DNA of 64,000 nt from Octopus sinensis (GCF_006345805.1 NC_043013.1:32054001-32118000); one strand, 5' to 3'. Numbered from the stretch's first letter, positions 1-14,731 are shown. Program-made: numbers and translations. Notes: generated by a model not told the origin, from the sequence alone.

Positions 1-255
1 TTGTGAACATATAATATATATTCCGTGTCTGTATTTGGTTTGCAAGATTCTTGATGAGAAATTGCGTGTAGAAACAGATTTATATAGTCAAAGACTCATT
101 ATGCCACACTCACTAGTTTTGCTTTATATTTTTTTGTTTTTATTTTATTTATTTATTTTTTGGGGTCTTTTTCCATTAGTGAAATATTTAACTCATTGTT
201 TTAACTAATATTTAACTCGATTGTTCGATTAATGGTTCAGTCGGTTAATCTTCTC

Positions 256-334
256 AGTTAGGTCCGTCAGATCTGTCGCCGCCGTTCGCGATGACAAGAC
301 TGACCTCGTGCATGACATATTCTCTCTTCTGAAG
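256..334 (+). other. Candidate exon (possible first/leader exon) of an unidentified host gene
   Basis: CpG-rich island in AT-rich flank. TCAGTT (Inr-like, or acceptor ttctcag) at 254-259 and strong donor GAAG|GTCAGT after 334. One frame is open: RSVRSVAAVRDDKTDLVHDIFSLLK. No homology recognised. Confidence 0.3.
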
Positions 335-496
335 GTCAGTCCGTCTCCTAGTTTACAGGTTCTGTATTTATACGGATGTTAGTGAGAATGTACGCGTGAG
401 ACGGGATAGGCATAAAAGGATTGTGAGAGTGTGTATGTATATGCGATTATTTAAATGTCCTGTCTACATCTGGCTAACAAATCACAACATATATAT

Positions 497-806
497 TCTT
501 TTATTATTTTATTTGTTTCCGCAATTTTACTGCGGCGATACTGGAGCACCGCCTTTAATCGAATATATCGACGCCAGGACTTATTCTTTGTAAGACTAGT
601 ACTTATTCTATCGGTTTCTTTTGCCGAACCCCTAAGTTACGGACACGTAAACACAACAGCATCAAGCGATGTAAGAGGACAAACACAGGCACAAAATACA
701 CACACACACATATATATATATATACGACAGGATTCTTTCAGTTTCCATCAACCGAATCCACTCACAAGGTTGTGATTGTCCCATTCTCATTCAAGATGCC
801 ACGCAG
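497..806 (-). mobile_element. tRNA-derived SINE family 1, diverged and 5'-truncated
   Basis: Reverse complement matches the body and tail of the copies at 5327/14867/42768 (ctggagcaccgccttta, tacttattctatcggt, ttctttcagtttcc, aatccactcacaagg). Confidence 0.75.
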
Positions 807-826
807 GTCGTTGGTAAGCATTCATG

Positions 827-872
<46 letters not shown>

Positions 873-1703
873 CGCGCGCGTGTGTGTGTGTATACATTCA
901 TATATATATATATATATATACAGTGAGAGACAAATGAATCTATGTATTTACGTTCTACGGGCATATATACTTAATGCATCAGTAATCATTTCGTGTTATT
1001 TTCCACAAAGTGCTCAATAAATGCCTTTTCTTTTGAGGGGAGGAACAGGTCGATTACATTTTATGCACATTTTTTGTGGGCGGGGATAAATAAGTACACA
1101 AAAACTCAAAAGCTAAAATAGTGAGATGAAATATGTACAGTGATGTCTAAGTGATCAGTTATTAAAATACATACAGAGACTAAAGCTGGTTATGCGTTCA
1201 TATTAAGGCATGTTCTTTATTTTTCGATAAATAGATTTTCTTTATTTAAACGTTCTTATACAGAAATAGCTTCTTTACACTGGTAGATGGGGAAAACTGT
1301 GAAGTTTGCTTGGATATTACCTGCACATCTCTCTATGCCTTCACTCAAAGGAATCTTTGATTATATATCCATCACTGAATATATTTCATCTCACCAAGTT
1401 AGCTTTTGAATATTTGTATATTTGTTTATCCCCCGGCAAGAAAAAAAAAATATGAGCAATTACCTCGCCTGTCCTGAATAATAATAATCACCAATTACCT
1501 CTCTTAGATTTTGCTATTTGTTGATTCATTCACAAACTCTCAGTCAATAACATGGACTAAAATCTTGTTATAAAAATAAGAAATTACAATAATTTCAATG
1601 GCATGATTAGCGAAAGCGAAACTGCTCGACAAGCACAATACACTTACACTTACAAAATATATTGAAAAATATGTTAAAACTATGTGCATTTTCCTTTTTC
1701 TAT

Positions 1704-1776
<73 letters not shown>

Positions 1777-2089
1777 GAGTTATTTGGAAACGCATCATTA
1801 AGTTAATACAGTAAAGGAATTCCTGAATGGTAAGGAACGGAAGACAATGAAGCACAAGACGACTGACCATGGGTCGATGGGCATGGCCACATTTTCTTGA
1901 AATATTTTATTTTCATATCGTTTCGTTCTAGTCATTTGCTATTCTTTTAATCATAAAGAAACTTTATTCAATTTTTTTCTAAAGTGGAGACAAAAGACGA
2001 TTTATGGTGTTACCTATAAGAACTCGTGAAAGAAAATTTGAGGACAGAATAGATTTTTGCATTTAGTATACTTACAATTCATTCTTTCT

Positions 2090-2420
2090 TTTATCCTTTA
2101 TTTTTTCCTTGGTTTTGTCGCTGTACTCCAGCCATGCTGGGGCACCGCCATGCAGGGGTTTAGTGGAAAACATTGATACTAGCACTTGGGATTTTTGCGT
2201 GGAGTCGGGGTTCGTTTTCTTTTTCTTTTTTAATCTCGTTATTAATGCTATCAGCCTCTTTGTCGAACTGTTGATACTGGGACGTAGAAAAACCAGACCC
2301 GTTTGTCAAGCTGTGAGGATAAACAGAAAAACAAAAAGGACACTCCTTGAGGGTGCAACGCAGTGGGGCTGAACCCAAAGCTACACAGGTAGAAAGCGAA
2401 CATTTTAATTACAAATCCAA
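2090..2420 (-). mobile_element. SINE family 1-related copy, diverged
   Basis: cagccatgctggggcaccgcc, tttgtcgaactg, gtttgtcaagc and cagtggggctgaaccc match the SINE1 tail, body and B-box on the minus strand. Confidence 0.55.
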
Positions 2421-2520
2421 AGGAACTTGCTATTAAAAAAATGACAGGAAATTAGATTTGGATTTTGAGTAATTACAACTCCTTAGAGGGTAATTACATT
2501 CCAGATAAAGTAACACAAAT

Positions 2521-4290
2521 AATGAGGATGTATTATGACAGTTTCGAGATGAGGTTTACAGCTGGAGATTTTACAGCAGATTGGCACCGAGGTGAAGGAT
2601 GCGGTTTAGAGCAAAATACACGCGTAGTCTGACATTCGTTAATGGAGTGCAGACAGAATTTAAGTTTCGACTAGCTGAAGAAAGCCTTCCAACAGTCAAA
2701 AAAGAACCCGTCAAGAGTTGGGTAATCAGCAATTGATAACGAAAAGTTACCAGGTAGATATAAAATTTGGTGTTTACAATGCGGTTTATATCCGCGACTT
2801 TCCTGGTCACTTTTAATATACGAGGTAGCATTGCCACGAGTTCAGATCGTTGAAAAAAAATGTAAAGTGTTCATTAGAAAGTGGCTAGGCCTACCTCAAT
2901 TGTTGAACAGTTCAGCTGTCTACTGTCAACGAGGCTCGTTGTAGTCACCACTTGCGTCAATAGTCGAAATATATAAACTGGGGCAGGTACGAGCGGCGAT
3001 GATACTGAGAGTCGAAGGACATGGAAATCAGGCGTAATCCACCAGAGATGAAAACAGCCAGGAAGTGGAAAGCAGAAGCAGAGACTGATGATACCTTGTC
3101 TTCTCATCGAGACATGGTGGGAGCAACGTAAAATCATCGGAAGGGACTTGGTTTTGGTGCTGATCAGTTCAAACCATTTGCAAGTATGATGCGGAACGAA
3201 TGCAGATCTGTTGTTAGCAACTGCGTCAAAACGAGGAAAGGAGAGAGAAGAGAGCTTCATTTGATCCAATGTATTCAACAAGGATTGATGACGAGATGGG
3301 AGGAGCATGTTGTTGAGAGGAAAATAAGTTGGGATGAGATATGGAGGTGGACCACATATTGGCTAAGCTTTCTGATTCGTTCATCCTATGATGTTTTACC
3401 ATCACCTACAAATCTAGTAAGATGGAACGACTCAGCGTTTATATGCAAATGCGGAAAGGTCGGAGCACTGAAACATATTCTTTCCAGCTGTTCATTAGCA
3501 CTGAACATTATATATGGAAACACAACCTAGTCCTTAAGGTTATCCTCAATGCTATAAAAAACCAAATTGATCTCAACATCATGGAAAAAATCCGTTGAAG
3601 GTACCGACTACAGATTTCATTACATTTGTGCGCTCAGGACAGCGGTTTCTTTTCAAGAAGAACAAAAACCTCTTGTGAGCGAGGAAAAGTGGAACGGCTA
3701 TTGGGAGGTGACTGCAGATTTACCAGGGTGCCAGGGACTCTTTCCCATCTTAGTTACGATAAAACTGGATATTTTAATGTGGTGTGAAGGAAAGAAAGTT
3801 GTAATTCTAGTAGAGTTAAGGGTTCCTCATGAAGATAACATGGACGCCGATCGGGCTCGATAGATTGACCGTTATGTAATCCTCCTCGAAGAATGTGAAG
3901 ATGCAGGCTGGAAAGCAGAGTATTTTCCAATCGAAGTCGGATGTAGAGGGTTTGTTGGAAACAGTGTGAGACGATTGACGTTATCGTTAGGCCTAACTCA
4001 TCTTAAAGTAAATACCACCATGACCGATATCCAAACTGCAGTGGAAAAGGGTAGCCACTGGATTTGGTTAAAAAGAGACGATGACCGATGGCTAGAAGAA
4101 TATTGAGCTATAAAGTGGGGCCTCCTATCAGTGAGGAGTGGGGCCGGTGCGCATTGATTCTGTCGAGAAGTAGGCCCCGAAACGGCAGGCATTCTCTCCT
4201 GATGAGACCATACACTTGCTGGCTTCTGGTATGCGGAGTTCTCGACTGGTAGCACTTGCATGTGCAAGTTGTTTGCAAACCATCTGAGAG
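2521..4290 (+). mobile_element. HERO-type non-LTR retrotransposon with restriction-like endonuclease; 5'-truncated, internally deleted, pseudogenised
   Basis: Hand translation gives KLPGRYKIWCLQCGLYPRLSWSLLIYEV...RKWLGLP; QQGLMTRWE..VERKISWDEIW; LIRSSYDVLPSPTNLVRW; the CCHC knuckle CKCGKVGALKHILSSC; and the RLE region KKVVILVELRVPHEDNM..GWKAEYFPIEVGCRGF..AVEKGSHWIWLKR*. It has several stops and frameshifts, the RT catalytic core is missing, and a 3' UTR of about 180 bp follows. Confidence 0.85.
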
Positions 4291-4845
4291 TAAGATGATT
4301 TAACTCATTTCAAGTAGATTTGTAATGAATATTTTCACTCCTATGCCATTCACACGAACACTACTGCTGTACTTTATCGTAGTTCGATTCTAGAACTAAA
4401 ACGTAAGATATTGCCATCTTTTGCAATATATACTTATGTTACGTTAGGTGAGGCTGTGCGTTATTCCAACTAAATGTTCATTTAATCATATTCACACTAC
4501 TGTACCAGCTTGACATATGAATTATTTATTTTTAACAAAAAGGTATCTGAAAACAACAAAGACGGTCTTGGAGTATTTGTAAATAAAATCAGAAAAGAAG
4601 ATATTTGAAATGTGTTTATGGAAAGTTTGAAAACAATCCAAACTTCATCGTCAACGAAAGAATGTTCAAATTAAATATTAACTTCGATAAACAATGCGTT
4701 ATACAAATATAAGACTATGTGTTTATATTATATATATATACATACATACATACATACATACAATCACACACACACACACACACACACACATAATATATAA
4801 TATAATATATAATATATATTCTTATATATATTAATATATATATAT

Positions 4846-4894
<49 letters not shown>

Positions 4895-5326
4895 ATATAT
4901 ATATAATATATATATATAATATATATATATATATGTATATATATATAACTATACATCTCCACTTTAAATGTATTTTTACATAAAAAATGCGCCGAAAGAA
5001 TTAGATAAGAAATAATTGTGTGTCGAAAACTGCTCCACGTTTCGTATATAATTCAATAAATCATGAACAGCTAAGCTGATTTTTCTTCCCGAATTTTGAC
5101 ATTATCAAATGAATATGACAATCGTTGCTATACACATCTACGTAACAGCCAAGTTTTCCATTGATGTTTACTAAATTTGGCTGTTTTGATGCAAAACATT
5201 CACAATGATTACAAGATCATCCAAGTCTATCCAACGCGCGTGCAAACACACACACACAGACACGCACACACACAAACGCACACACATAGACACACACACA
5301 TAGACACACACGCACACATATATATA

Positions 5327-5717
5327 GGCGCAGGTGTAGTTGTGTGGTAAGTAGCTTGCTTGCCTACCATTGGTCCCGGCTTCAGTCCCACTGCATGGCA
5401 CCTTGGGCTAGAGTATTCTAGTATAACCTCGGACCGACCAAATCCTTGTGAGTGGATTTGGTTGACGGAAACTGAAAGAAGCCCGTCGTATATATATGTA
5501 TATAATTGTTTCTCTGTGCTTGTCCCCCTACCATCGCTTCACAACCGATTTGGTGTGTTTATCTCCCCTTAAGCTAGCGGTTTAGCAAAGAGACCGATAG
5601 AATAAGTACTAGGCTTACGAAGAATAAGTCCTGGAATCGATTTGTTCGACTAAAGGTGGTGCTCCAGCATAGCCGCAGTCAAAAGACTGAACCAAAAAAA
5701 GAAAAACGAATAAAAGA

Positions 5718-5719
<2 letters not shown>
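5327..5719 (+). mobile_element. tRNA-derived SINE family 1, full length
   Basis: GGCGCAGG head with A/B-box-like motifs (tagttgtgtgg, gcttcagtccc), internal (TA) tract, 3' ggtgctccagcat..gactga plus A-rich tail. At least 6 related copies in the window. Confidence 0.9.
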
Positions 5720-6398
<679 letters not shown>

Positions 6399-6721
6399 CA
6401 TACGTTAATGTCGAATAATGAGAATTAGTGCATAGGTGGATAGAAATTATTTATGTGTTAAGATTATCATTGGCTTCAAGTACAGGTCATTCCATCAATA
6501 ATTATCAAGACAGGCTTGAGAAATATTGATTGACTTCCCTTAACATGAAACCAATGGTAGCATTAACCCATAAGACGTGTATGTATATATATAAAGGTGA
6601 CTTATTCGCAATTTACACCTGAAAGGCAGAACTATAAATGTCACTAAATGACTAAGGGCACTATTTAGCACACCGTTGCTAGAAATAAGAGTCAAAACAA
6701 CTCTTAAGCCACGATAACGCG

Positions 6722-6794
6722 CTTATACGTGAGCCATTGGCTTCTGTTCCTAGCAATGCTTGTGCTAACCAGTACCCTTAGTCACTTGCTATAT

Positions 6795-6878
<84 letters not shown>

Positions 6879-6909
6879 ATGTAAGTATATGTATGTAAGT
6901 ATATGTATG

Positions 6910-6940
<31 letters not shown>

Positions 6941-7080
6941 TGTTATATTTCGGAATGGTCATATTGCCAGTTTAGCCAATAAAAACACACGCACTATATA
7001 TTTGGTGTTATTTTGCTTCAGTGATATTTATTTTTTACATTAATCTTAATCTTATTTCGGCCAAAGTTATATACTTACAT

Positions 7081-7138
<58 letters not shown>

Positions 7139-7351
7139 GTATGTATATATAGCAAGTGACTAAGGGTACTGGTTAGCACAAGCATTGCTAGGAACAGAAG
7201 CCAATGGCTCACGTATAAGAACTTTGGCCGAAATAAGATTAAGATTAATGTAAAAAATAAATATCACTGAAGCAAAATAACACCAAATATATAGTGCGTG
7301 TGTTTTTATTGGCTAAACTGGCAATATGACCATTCCGAAATATAACAATAT
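6722..7351. repeat. Permuted inverted duplication (A..B..A'B')
   Basis: 6722 to about 6810 is the reverse complement of about 7125-7219. 6937-7068 is the reverse complement of 7220-7351. A' and B' are contiguous whereas A and B are in swapped order. Confidence 0.85.
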
Positions 7352-7466
7352 CTGTTTCAAAACACGACTTCACATAAAAAATCTTGCACAACAAATATTT
7401 AAACGTATATATATACATATATATGTATATGTATATATATATATATGTATGTATATGTATATACAT

Positions 7467-7523
<57 letters not shown>

Positions 7524-7649
7524 ATATACACATATATACATATATATATATATATATTCTATGTTCATAATAATAGTCATTATCGCTCCATGCGAACATC
7601 ACCGGCAACTTAAGTGATTATTTTCAAAAGCGTTGTTAACCAAGGTCGT

Positions 7650-8480
7650 TCAGTGGTGGTCGTTCAGTGGTAGTTTCACAAAATTTAATATATGTAACTT
7701 AATTTATGTAATCGTTATAGGCTTCTTTAATAGCTGTATCTATTCTTACTTTGCTCATGGTAAATAGTTTCTGGTATCTATTGATGGGGTAGGGTTACGA
7801 GAATTTGGCAATTTTCACCACATTTATCGTGAGATTCAGTGAAACTTGGAGTTGAAACAATTGACATTTTCGGGGATAATCTGAATTTCATATAATTTGT
7901 TTTACTGACGTTGTTTATGTATCCCGACTTTGCATTGCTTCTGCTCACATTTAGTGATTCATATCAAAAGGCAGTGCTTGTTTGAATATAGTTTTGTTGT
8001 ATGACATTACAGAAATACACATTTTGTTATTATTTATCATTGAAGGTGGTTGTTTTTTAATGCATACTTTTTTTTTCATTATCGAACGGAATTTTGTTTA
8101 TTTTTCTACAAAGATATTTCTTCGTGTTGATGTATTTACTTTTATGCATAAAATATTTACTAAGGACTGTTTGATTTTGTAATTAAACTCCTTCAACGAA
8201 AATATTTCTTAATTTCTTTTTTTTTTTCTAAAAGTGTTCCCCCTCTGTCCGTACATATCCTGTGAGACTGCTAGGCCATCGGCTCCGTGTAGCCATATTC
8301 CAGATTGTCTGAGAACATTCCTTAATTTTTCTTGTTCTAATAGTACTTCTAGTTCGTGTCGGTGACACGTCCATCGTTCCAATCATAACTACGTAGAAAA
8401 TTTCATTTTCTTTCTTTAACCAGAGTGAATTATAATAGAATTCGAGAACTGAATTACTGTGGAATTTTCGAGTAAATTAT
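7650..8480 (-). mobile_element. Penelope-like element RT relic
   Basis: Minus strand reads LWLKKENEIFYVVMIG (cf. WxKKxxxFDVTMG) and KLRNVLRQSGIWLHGADGLAVSQDMYG..RKKKKKLRNIF (cf. GLYRDDGLAV..KIF), then NHL..IFKQALP-like thumb residues. Frameshifted. Confidence 0.6.
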
Positions 8481-8950
8481 TATGCGAATATATTAGTTGC
8501 TGTCTGTAGCGTTCTTTGCTAAACATTCTAGTCATTTAACGAATCAGTGAGCAGAATTTTACAATGCAGAAATGTCTGAAATTTACGGTTAGTACAACAC
8601 GCTGACACAAGACACGCTGTTTATGAGAATGAAAAGTAATGATATAAATAAAGATTTCTAGAAAACATATAAAGATATATGCGTGAACATATATACATAG
8701 AGAGAGAGAGAAAAGGGTAAGGGGATAGAGAGGGGGGGATAGAGAAGCTGGTCTATTCACACAGATAAATATATATGCAATTCAAGCAAAACCGGATATG
8801 ATTCCAAAATTTAAATGTGTGAATATAACAGCTGTTGAATTGGATAATACAGAGCGATATGCAGTTTTAAAAACAGTTAATCTAATATATGACACCAGCG
8901 TTAGGAGTGTATAAGTGTCTGCTTATACATATACATACATACATACATAT

Positions 8951-8997
<47 letters not shown>

Positions 8998-9124
8998 AAT
9001 GTGTGTATATATTTAAATTGAGAGAAAAAGAAGATATGGGAAAGAGAAAACAGACAGATAGGTAGGTAGACACATAATTATTAATCATACATATTATATG
9101 TAAGTGTCATATATATTATTTGTT

Positions 9125-9326
9125 GTGGCTGTGTGGTAACAAGCTTGCTTCCCAACCATATGGTTCCGGGATCAGTCACACTGCTGGCAACTTGGGCAAG
9201 TGTAGTGTGGTATAGCCTCGGCCCGATCAAAGCCTTATTAGCGGATTTGGTAGACGGAAACTGAAAGGAACCCGTCGTATGTATGTATGTATATATATAC
9301 ATATATATACATATATATATATTATA

Positions 9327-9359
<33 letters not shown>

Positions 9360-9417
9360 GTATATGTATGTATGTACGTATGTATATATATATAATATAT
9401 ATATGTATGTATGTACG

Positions 9418-9458
<41 letters not shown>

Positions 9459-9664
9459 GTATGTCTTTGTGTCTGTGTTTGTGCCCCTACCATCACTTGA
9501 CAACCGATGTTGGTGTGTTTATGTCCCCGTAACCTAGTGTTTCGGCAAAACAGACCGATAGAATAAGTACCAAGATTACAAGGGGTCTATTTCTTAGACT
9601 AAGAAGCGGTGCTCGGGCATGGCCCCAATAAAATGACTGAAACACGTAAAAGAATAAAAGAATA
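9125..9664 (+). mobile_element. SINE family 1 with expanded internal (TA/TATG) tract
   Basis: gtggctgtgtggtaacaagcttgcttcccaaccatatggttccgg head, ggatttggtagacggaaactgaaag, tail gactgaaacacgtaaaagaataaaagaata. Confidence 0.85.
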
Positions 9665-10143
9665 TGCATATAACTATACACACACACTCACGCACACACA
9701 CGCGCACACACATATATATATATATAATGCAATATGATACGTTATATATGTGTGTGTTCGTGTGTGTGTGTGTGTGTGTGTTGTAAAGAAACGAGTCAAC
9801 AAGAAGGAGTATAGTTGGATAGTTATTCGTTACAATCGTTTCGACGCAACGTAGTTCTCCGGGAATACAGGTATTTGATTATGCAACTGCTTGTTTGCAT
9901 AATGAGGTCTAGTTGTGTTACCTCAGGTGATATGCGAGTATAGTCTCAATTAGTTTAAAATCGTCGATTGCAAGACCATCCGATCCGTCAGTCGTTGTTT
10001 GAATTCTGAAGGTGGACGAACTTCATACTGTAGTCTTTCACGTTCCTAACAGAATAAACCACAGCTATATATGTGTGTGTATGTATGTATGTATTTATGT
10101 ATGTATGTGTGTGTATGTAGGCATGTATGCATGTGTGTGTATA

Positions 10144-10188
<45 letters not shown>

Positions 10189-12742
10189 GTGTGTATGTGT
10201 GTGTGTACGTGTGTGTGTGTAGTTATATGTACGTCATAATGTATGTATATATGCATGTATGTATATATGCATGTATGTATGTATAAATGTATTTATATAT
10301 ATGTGTATATATGTTTATCCATGCATGTATCTATGTGTGTATGCATAACAGTTATTCTGAAATATTCAAATGTAAGAACCTAAGCGTAAAGCAACGCATC
10401 ACTCATTTTTTTTTTCTTTTTGCATGCATGCAAGCGTACTGCTTGAGATGTAACCCATCATCAGGCGGACTACACTAGTAAAAGCATCTGTGAAAAGTTC
10501 AACAACACCACTCAAAAAATTCACACAAATCACTTGACTGATGTCGGCAAAAAATACAGGTGAATGACTAGATTTTGACAGATAACTCAAACTTTGATTA
10601 AACTAACTTACCTTCTAAAAAGATTGTAACATGCGACAGAGAGAGAAAACTGACAGACAAGAGAGAATAGAGTGTTATAATAGTCTACATCAAGTATCAT
10701 AAACAATGGGCTTAAGTCAATATCAAAAACAGTAGACGTCCAAACCCACCAAGTTTTATTGATCTGCAACATGGAGTTCAAGTACCTGAGGGTTAAATTA
10801 GTAGCTTAAGGTTAAATTATGCCAGCTGACACTCATATTCATTCACTCATGCCCTCTCGTCCCTCCTCTCTATTCTTCTTAAGCTCACATAATTACCGAA
10901 TCAGACTTCATACACATCACTGTACACAAACTTAAGAGGTGGCAATATTTTCTTTATTGTTAAAAGGATATAGGACGTAGGAAATCCTGACTTGCGAGAT
11001 GTGGCCTCAGCTTAGTATTATTTGAATAAACGCTTGAAGTTGGTGTTGGAATTTATGTTAGCGTTGGGGAAGCAATTCTCCTGTATAAAGGTGAATAATC
11101 TATGAAATGCTAGACTTTGATATGTTTGTATTAAAGCCTAGCTATTAAATATGTGGCTGACTTTAAACAGAATATTAATATTAATAACTGCTAACACATA
11201 TGCGAATTTCAACTCGTGTATAAATGTGCTAAAATATTTAATCTCACAAAACATTTAATATTTGTAATTTACTTTATATTAGTATTTATTTTTTTGCAAT
11301 TTTCTTTGGTATGTAGATGAAAGAAATATTTTCAATTAAAGTAAATTGCTTTTAGTTTCGGACTCGAAGAAGTAGAAAATATTTCAGAATTTTTCTTTAA
11401 TACTTTCTGGATATTAAGGAAAAAAGAGGGGCGAAAAAATCTAAGTCTCTACGAGAAAATTCTCGTTTGTTATTCAGCCTTTGAAAACCATCTAGTATCT
11501 TACGTAGATTAAAATAAGTGATGAAATCTAAATAACAAGAAACAGATTTAGAATTGAAAAAAATTGTTTTTCTTCGAATTTTAAAATGTACGAAATACAT
11601 CAAAGTTTTGTTGTTGTTGTTGTTGCTTACGTTTTGTTTTTGTTTTTAGATTTTCTTTGGTCTTGACACTTTGAAGTTGCTTAAAATAGTAAATCACGTC
11701 TTGTTAAAGGTAACTATCAAAATATTTCATTCAAAAGCACTACTCGACGATTTAATGATGTTGCTGTCCATTACTATTGTTGGTTGTTGCTGCTGTATTT
11801 AGAGTTCTGTTAGGTCTAAGTGAGCAAATATATAAGTAATGATCGCGATTTTCCTTTGTACCTTACACCTATAGTATTATTGTGCAATATAAAAATGTTT
11901 TTCTGTGTTTTTCTAAGACGATAGGTTATGATTTCAGGCACATTTCATAGTAAATCTAGGCGATTATGTAGAGATATTCTAATTAACCACTCTAAACCTC
12001 ACGTTTTTTCGTTGTTGAGTTGATGTTCTAAGAGTTGGTGGTAGAGACTTTGCCGTTGCTCTTGAGAATATTCACATACATTAACACTTCTATTTTTTCG
12101 CGTAAATATTGATTTTAAAATCATGTCAAGTTAAACTACTACGTCTTTGCATCAGAAAAATGTATCTTACTATATTTTTTCATTATGGAGGAATTCGTAG
12201 GAAATCAATATATATTCAGCCCTGAACCGAAAGATAGCAAAAAAAATAATAACATACAAACTTTAGGCGATAGTATTAAAACTGATAACATTTTCATCCT
12301 GCACGGTTTCTCACTGCTAATTTGTCTGAGCAATAATTTGTTCAACGAAAATATAAGCAGAAAGACACAAATAGAACAAGGAGGCTCATGACTACGAAGT
12401 GAATTTTTTAAGAATGGCTGTAAAAATGTCTTTAAATAGCGATGAGATATGTTAGATATCGAAATAGTTACTATGTAAGGTACAACTCACTAAACAGAAC
12501 TTAAGAATCCCGTGATATTACTTACATAGTTGAGGTCACGTTCAATACGTCATCAGATTATATTTCATCTCTGTTATCTACAATGTTGCATAGAATATAC
12601 CAACACACATCATTTACGTACATATCTGTTTACCTGTGTACATGTGTGTGCATGCGTATGTATGTACGTATGTATGCATATGTGAGTAAATGCATGCATA
12701 TAGACAGACCAATAGACAATCGGACCGATAGACAGACATGTC

Positions 12743-12810
<68 letters not shown>

Positions 12811-12918
12811 GATAGATAGATAGTCAGACAGACACATAGTCAGACATACAGTCAGACTGACAGACAGACTGACTGACAAACTGACATACATATAGATAGA
12901 TAGCTAGATAGATAGATT

Positions 12919-12990
<72 letters not shown>

Positions 12991-13423
12991 TGTTTCTTTA
13001 TTAGCCACACAGGGCTGCACACAGATAGAACAAATTACAAGGTAGAGCTTTTCTTTTGAAGGTTAAAAAAAAAAAAAGGAAGGGGGGAGTTTCGATCAAA
13101 AGGGATCGTAAAAGGAGAGAAAGAGGACAAAAAAAAGGGGGGGTTAAAAAAAGGGGGAGAGGAAAAAAAAAAAGAATTGATCAATAGGGATCGTTATCAC
13201 AGAAATGTCAATATGAAGTGTAAAGGGGAGGACAGGTGAGGTTTACCCGTGGAAAGAAAAGCCTACGGAAAAGACCACGGTAACCTCGGTCAATGAAGTC
13301 ACATGTTATATTTCTTTTTTTTTTTTGCAAATAAGCAACTCTCTGTTTTCAATTTCTGGGTTCATAGGATTATGCTCAAGGTGGCTTCGTCATTCATACG
13401 TGCCATTCTTGCTACATTCACCC

Positions 13424-13424
<1 letters not shown>
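12991..13424 (-). mobile_element. 3' end of an L1/Tx1-type LINE embedded in (GATA)n
   Basis: Minus strand encodes the ORF2 C-terminus WVNVARMARMNDEATLSIIL*, then a pyrimidine-rich 3' UTR ending gtgtggctAATAAAgaaac. (GATA)n on both sides. Confidence 0.7.
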
Positions 13425-13514
<90 letters not shown>

Positions 13515-14018
13515 TCAGTCTAGTGCTTTCATCCAATCCAAAAGGAACTTACCAAGACAGAATTTTATTTCTGTTAGGCTATATTACTTTTTCGTTAAGT
13601 AGATTCATTTAGTTTTGAAGAACATTTTGTTTCTCGAATGAAATATCACTTCATTTCTTTACATTTAAAAATACGAAAAGAGAGCTATGAATAACAAGAT
13701 GAACATCAAACAGAAACGTAACAGTCAGTTGATTTCCACATGAGATCGAATGCTGCTGAGTCCACTACCCCCAACACAATACCTGAATCACATAACGGAT
13801 TTATGTGTTAATCTTCTATAACCGAAGATCCCGATTTGCGTATGAGGCGACGAGCATTCTCTAAATTATCATAAAATGGTCCCAAAGAGAACCATCATAA
13901 AAATATTTTAGGTAACATGCCTTTATAACTTTATTACAAACGAAATAATTTTCTGCCTTGACAAGTCCCAATTACATAAGATGAGAGGACTAGATTTTCT
14001 GTCTGTCTGCCTCTCTCT

Positions 14019-14086
<68 letters not shown>

Positions 14087-14385
14087 TCTCTCTCCCTCAC
14101 TCTCTCTCTTCTGTTATGAAAATTCTTGAACACGAAATTTTCATTTTTTTTTCTCTCTTTTAGAAATATATTATTTATTCTATACCGGATCGAGAAACTT
14201 TCTTCCTATGTACACATCTGCGTGTATAGTTTTTACTCATATTGATGTGTATGAGCATGTGTGTGTGTGCGCATGCGTGGGTATACATGAGCGGTATATA
14301 CATACATGCGCAATCACATTTATATATGTACTCGCACACACAGACTACATACACCCACCCACATATATATATATGAATAAAAGTA

Positions 14386-14452
<67 letters not shown>

Positions 14453-14731
14453 GTGTGTGTGTGTGTGTGTACGAATGCATTCATATTACCCGACACTCAG
14501 GATGAGTCTTTTCCTCCATGTAAATTTACCATTTTTATATATTGAATATATGTGCAAATACATTACTCTATATCTCTATACCGAGTGCAATACAGTTTAA
14601 ATAAATTTTCCCAATTAGAATACGATATCTCTATCTGTTTACTTATATGTGAGTGAGTTTTTGTGTGGTGGGTATGGGTGTGTGTGCAATTATGTGTATG
14701 TATGCATACAAAAATACATATGCATATATAA

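Noticed and set aside
4165-4212. GAAAC..CTGATGA in the HERO 3' UTR as a type II hammerhead
   Set aside because: Only 15 nt separate the boxes, too few for stems III and I, and stem II is mismatched.
8232-8370. Cys-rich plus-strand frame (FPLCPYISCETARPSAPC..) after a polypyrimidine tract, resembling a Frizzled/GFR cysteine-rich exon
   Set aside because: It is the antisense shadow of the minus-strand Penelope RT frame, sharing wobble positions, and it has no good donor.
9825-9870. Minus-strand hammerhead-like motif (ccggaga..acgttgcgtc-GAAAC)
   Set aside because: Two core substitutions and stem I out of register; at most a dead remnant.
10399-10620. Hydrophobic minus-strand ORF and a possible plus-strand exon ending tacag|gtgaat
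   Set aside because: No recognisable homology and weak or ambiguous acceptors.
12185-12391. 68-aa ATG-initiated ORF (MEEFVGNQ..)
   Set aside because: No domain, homology or splice support; length is compatible with chance.
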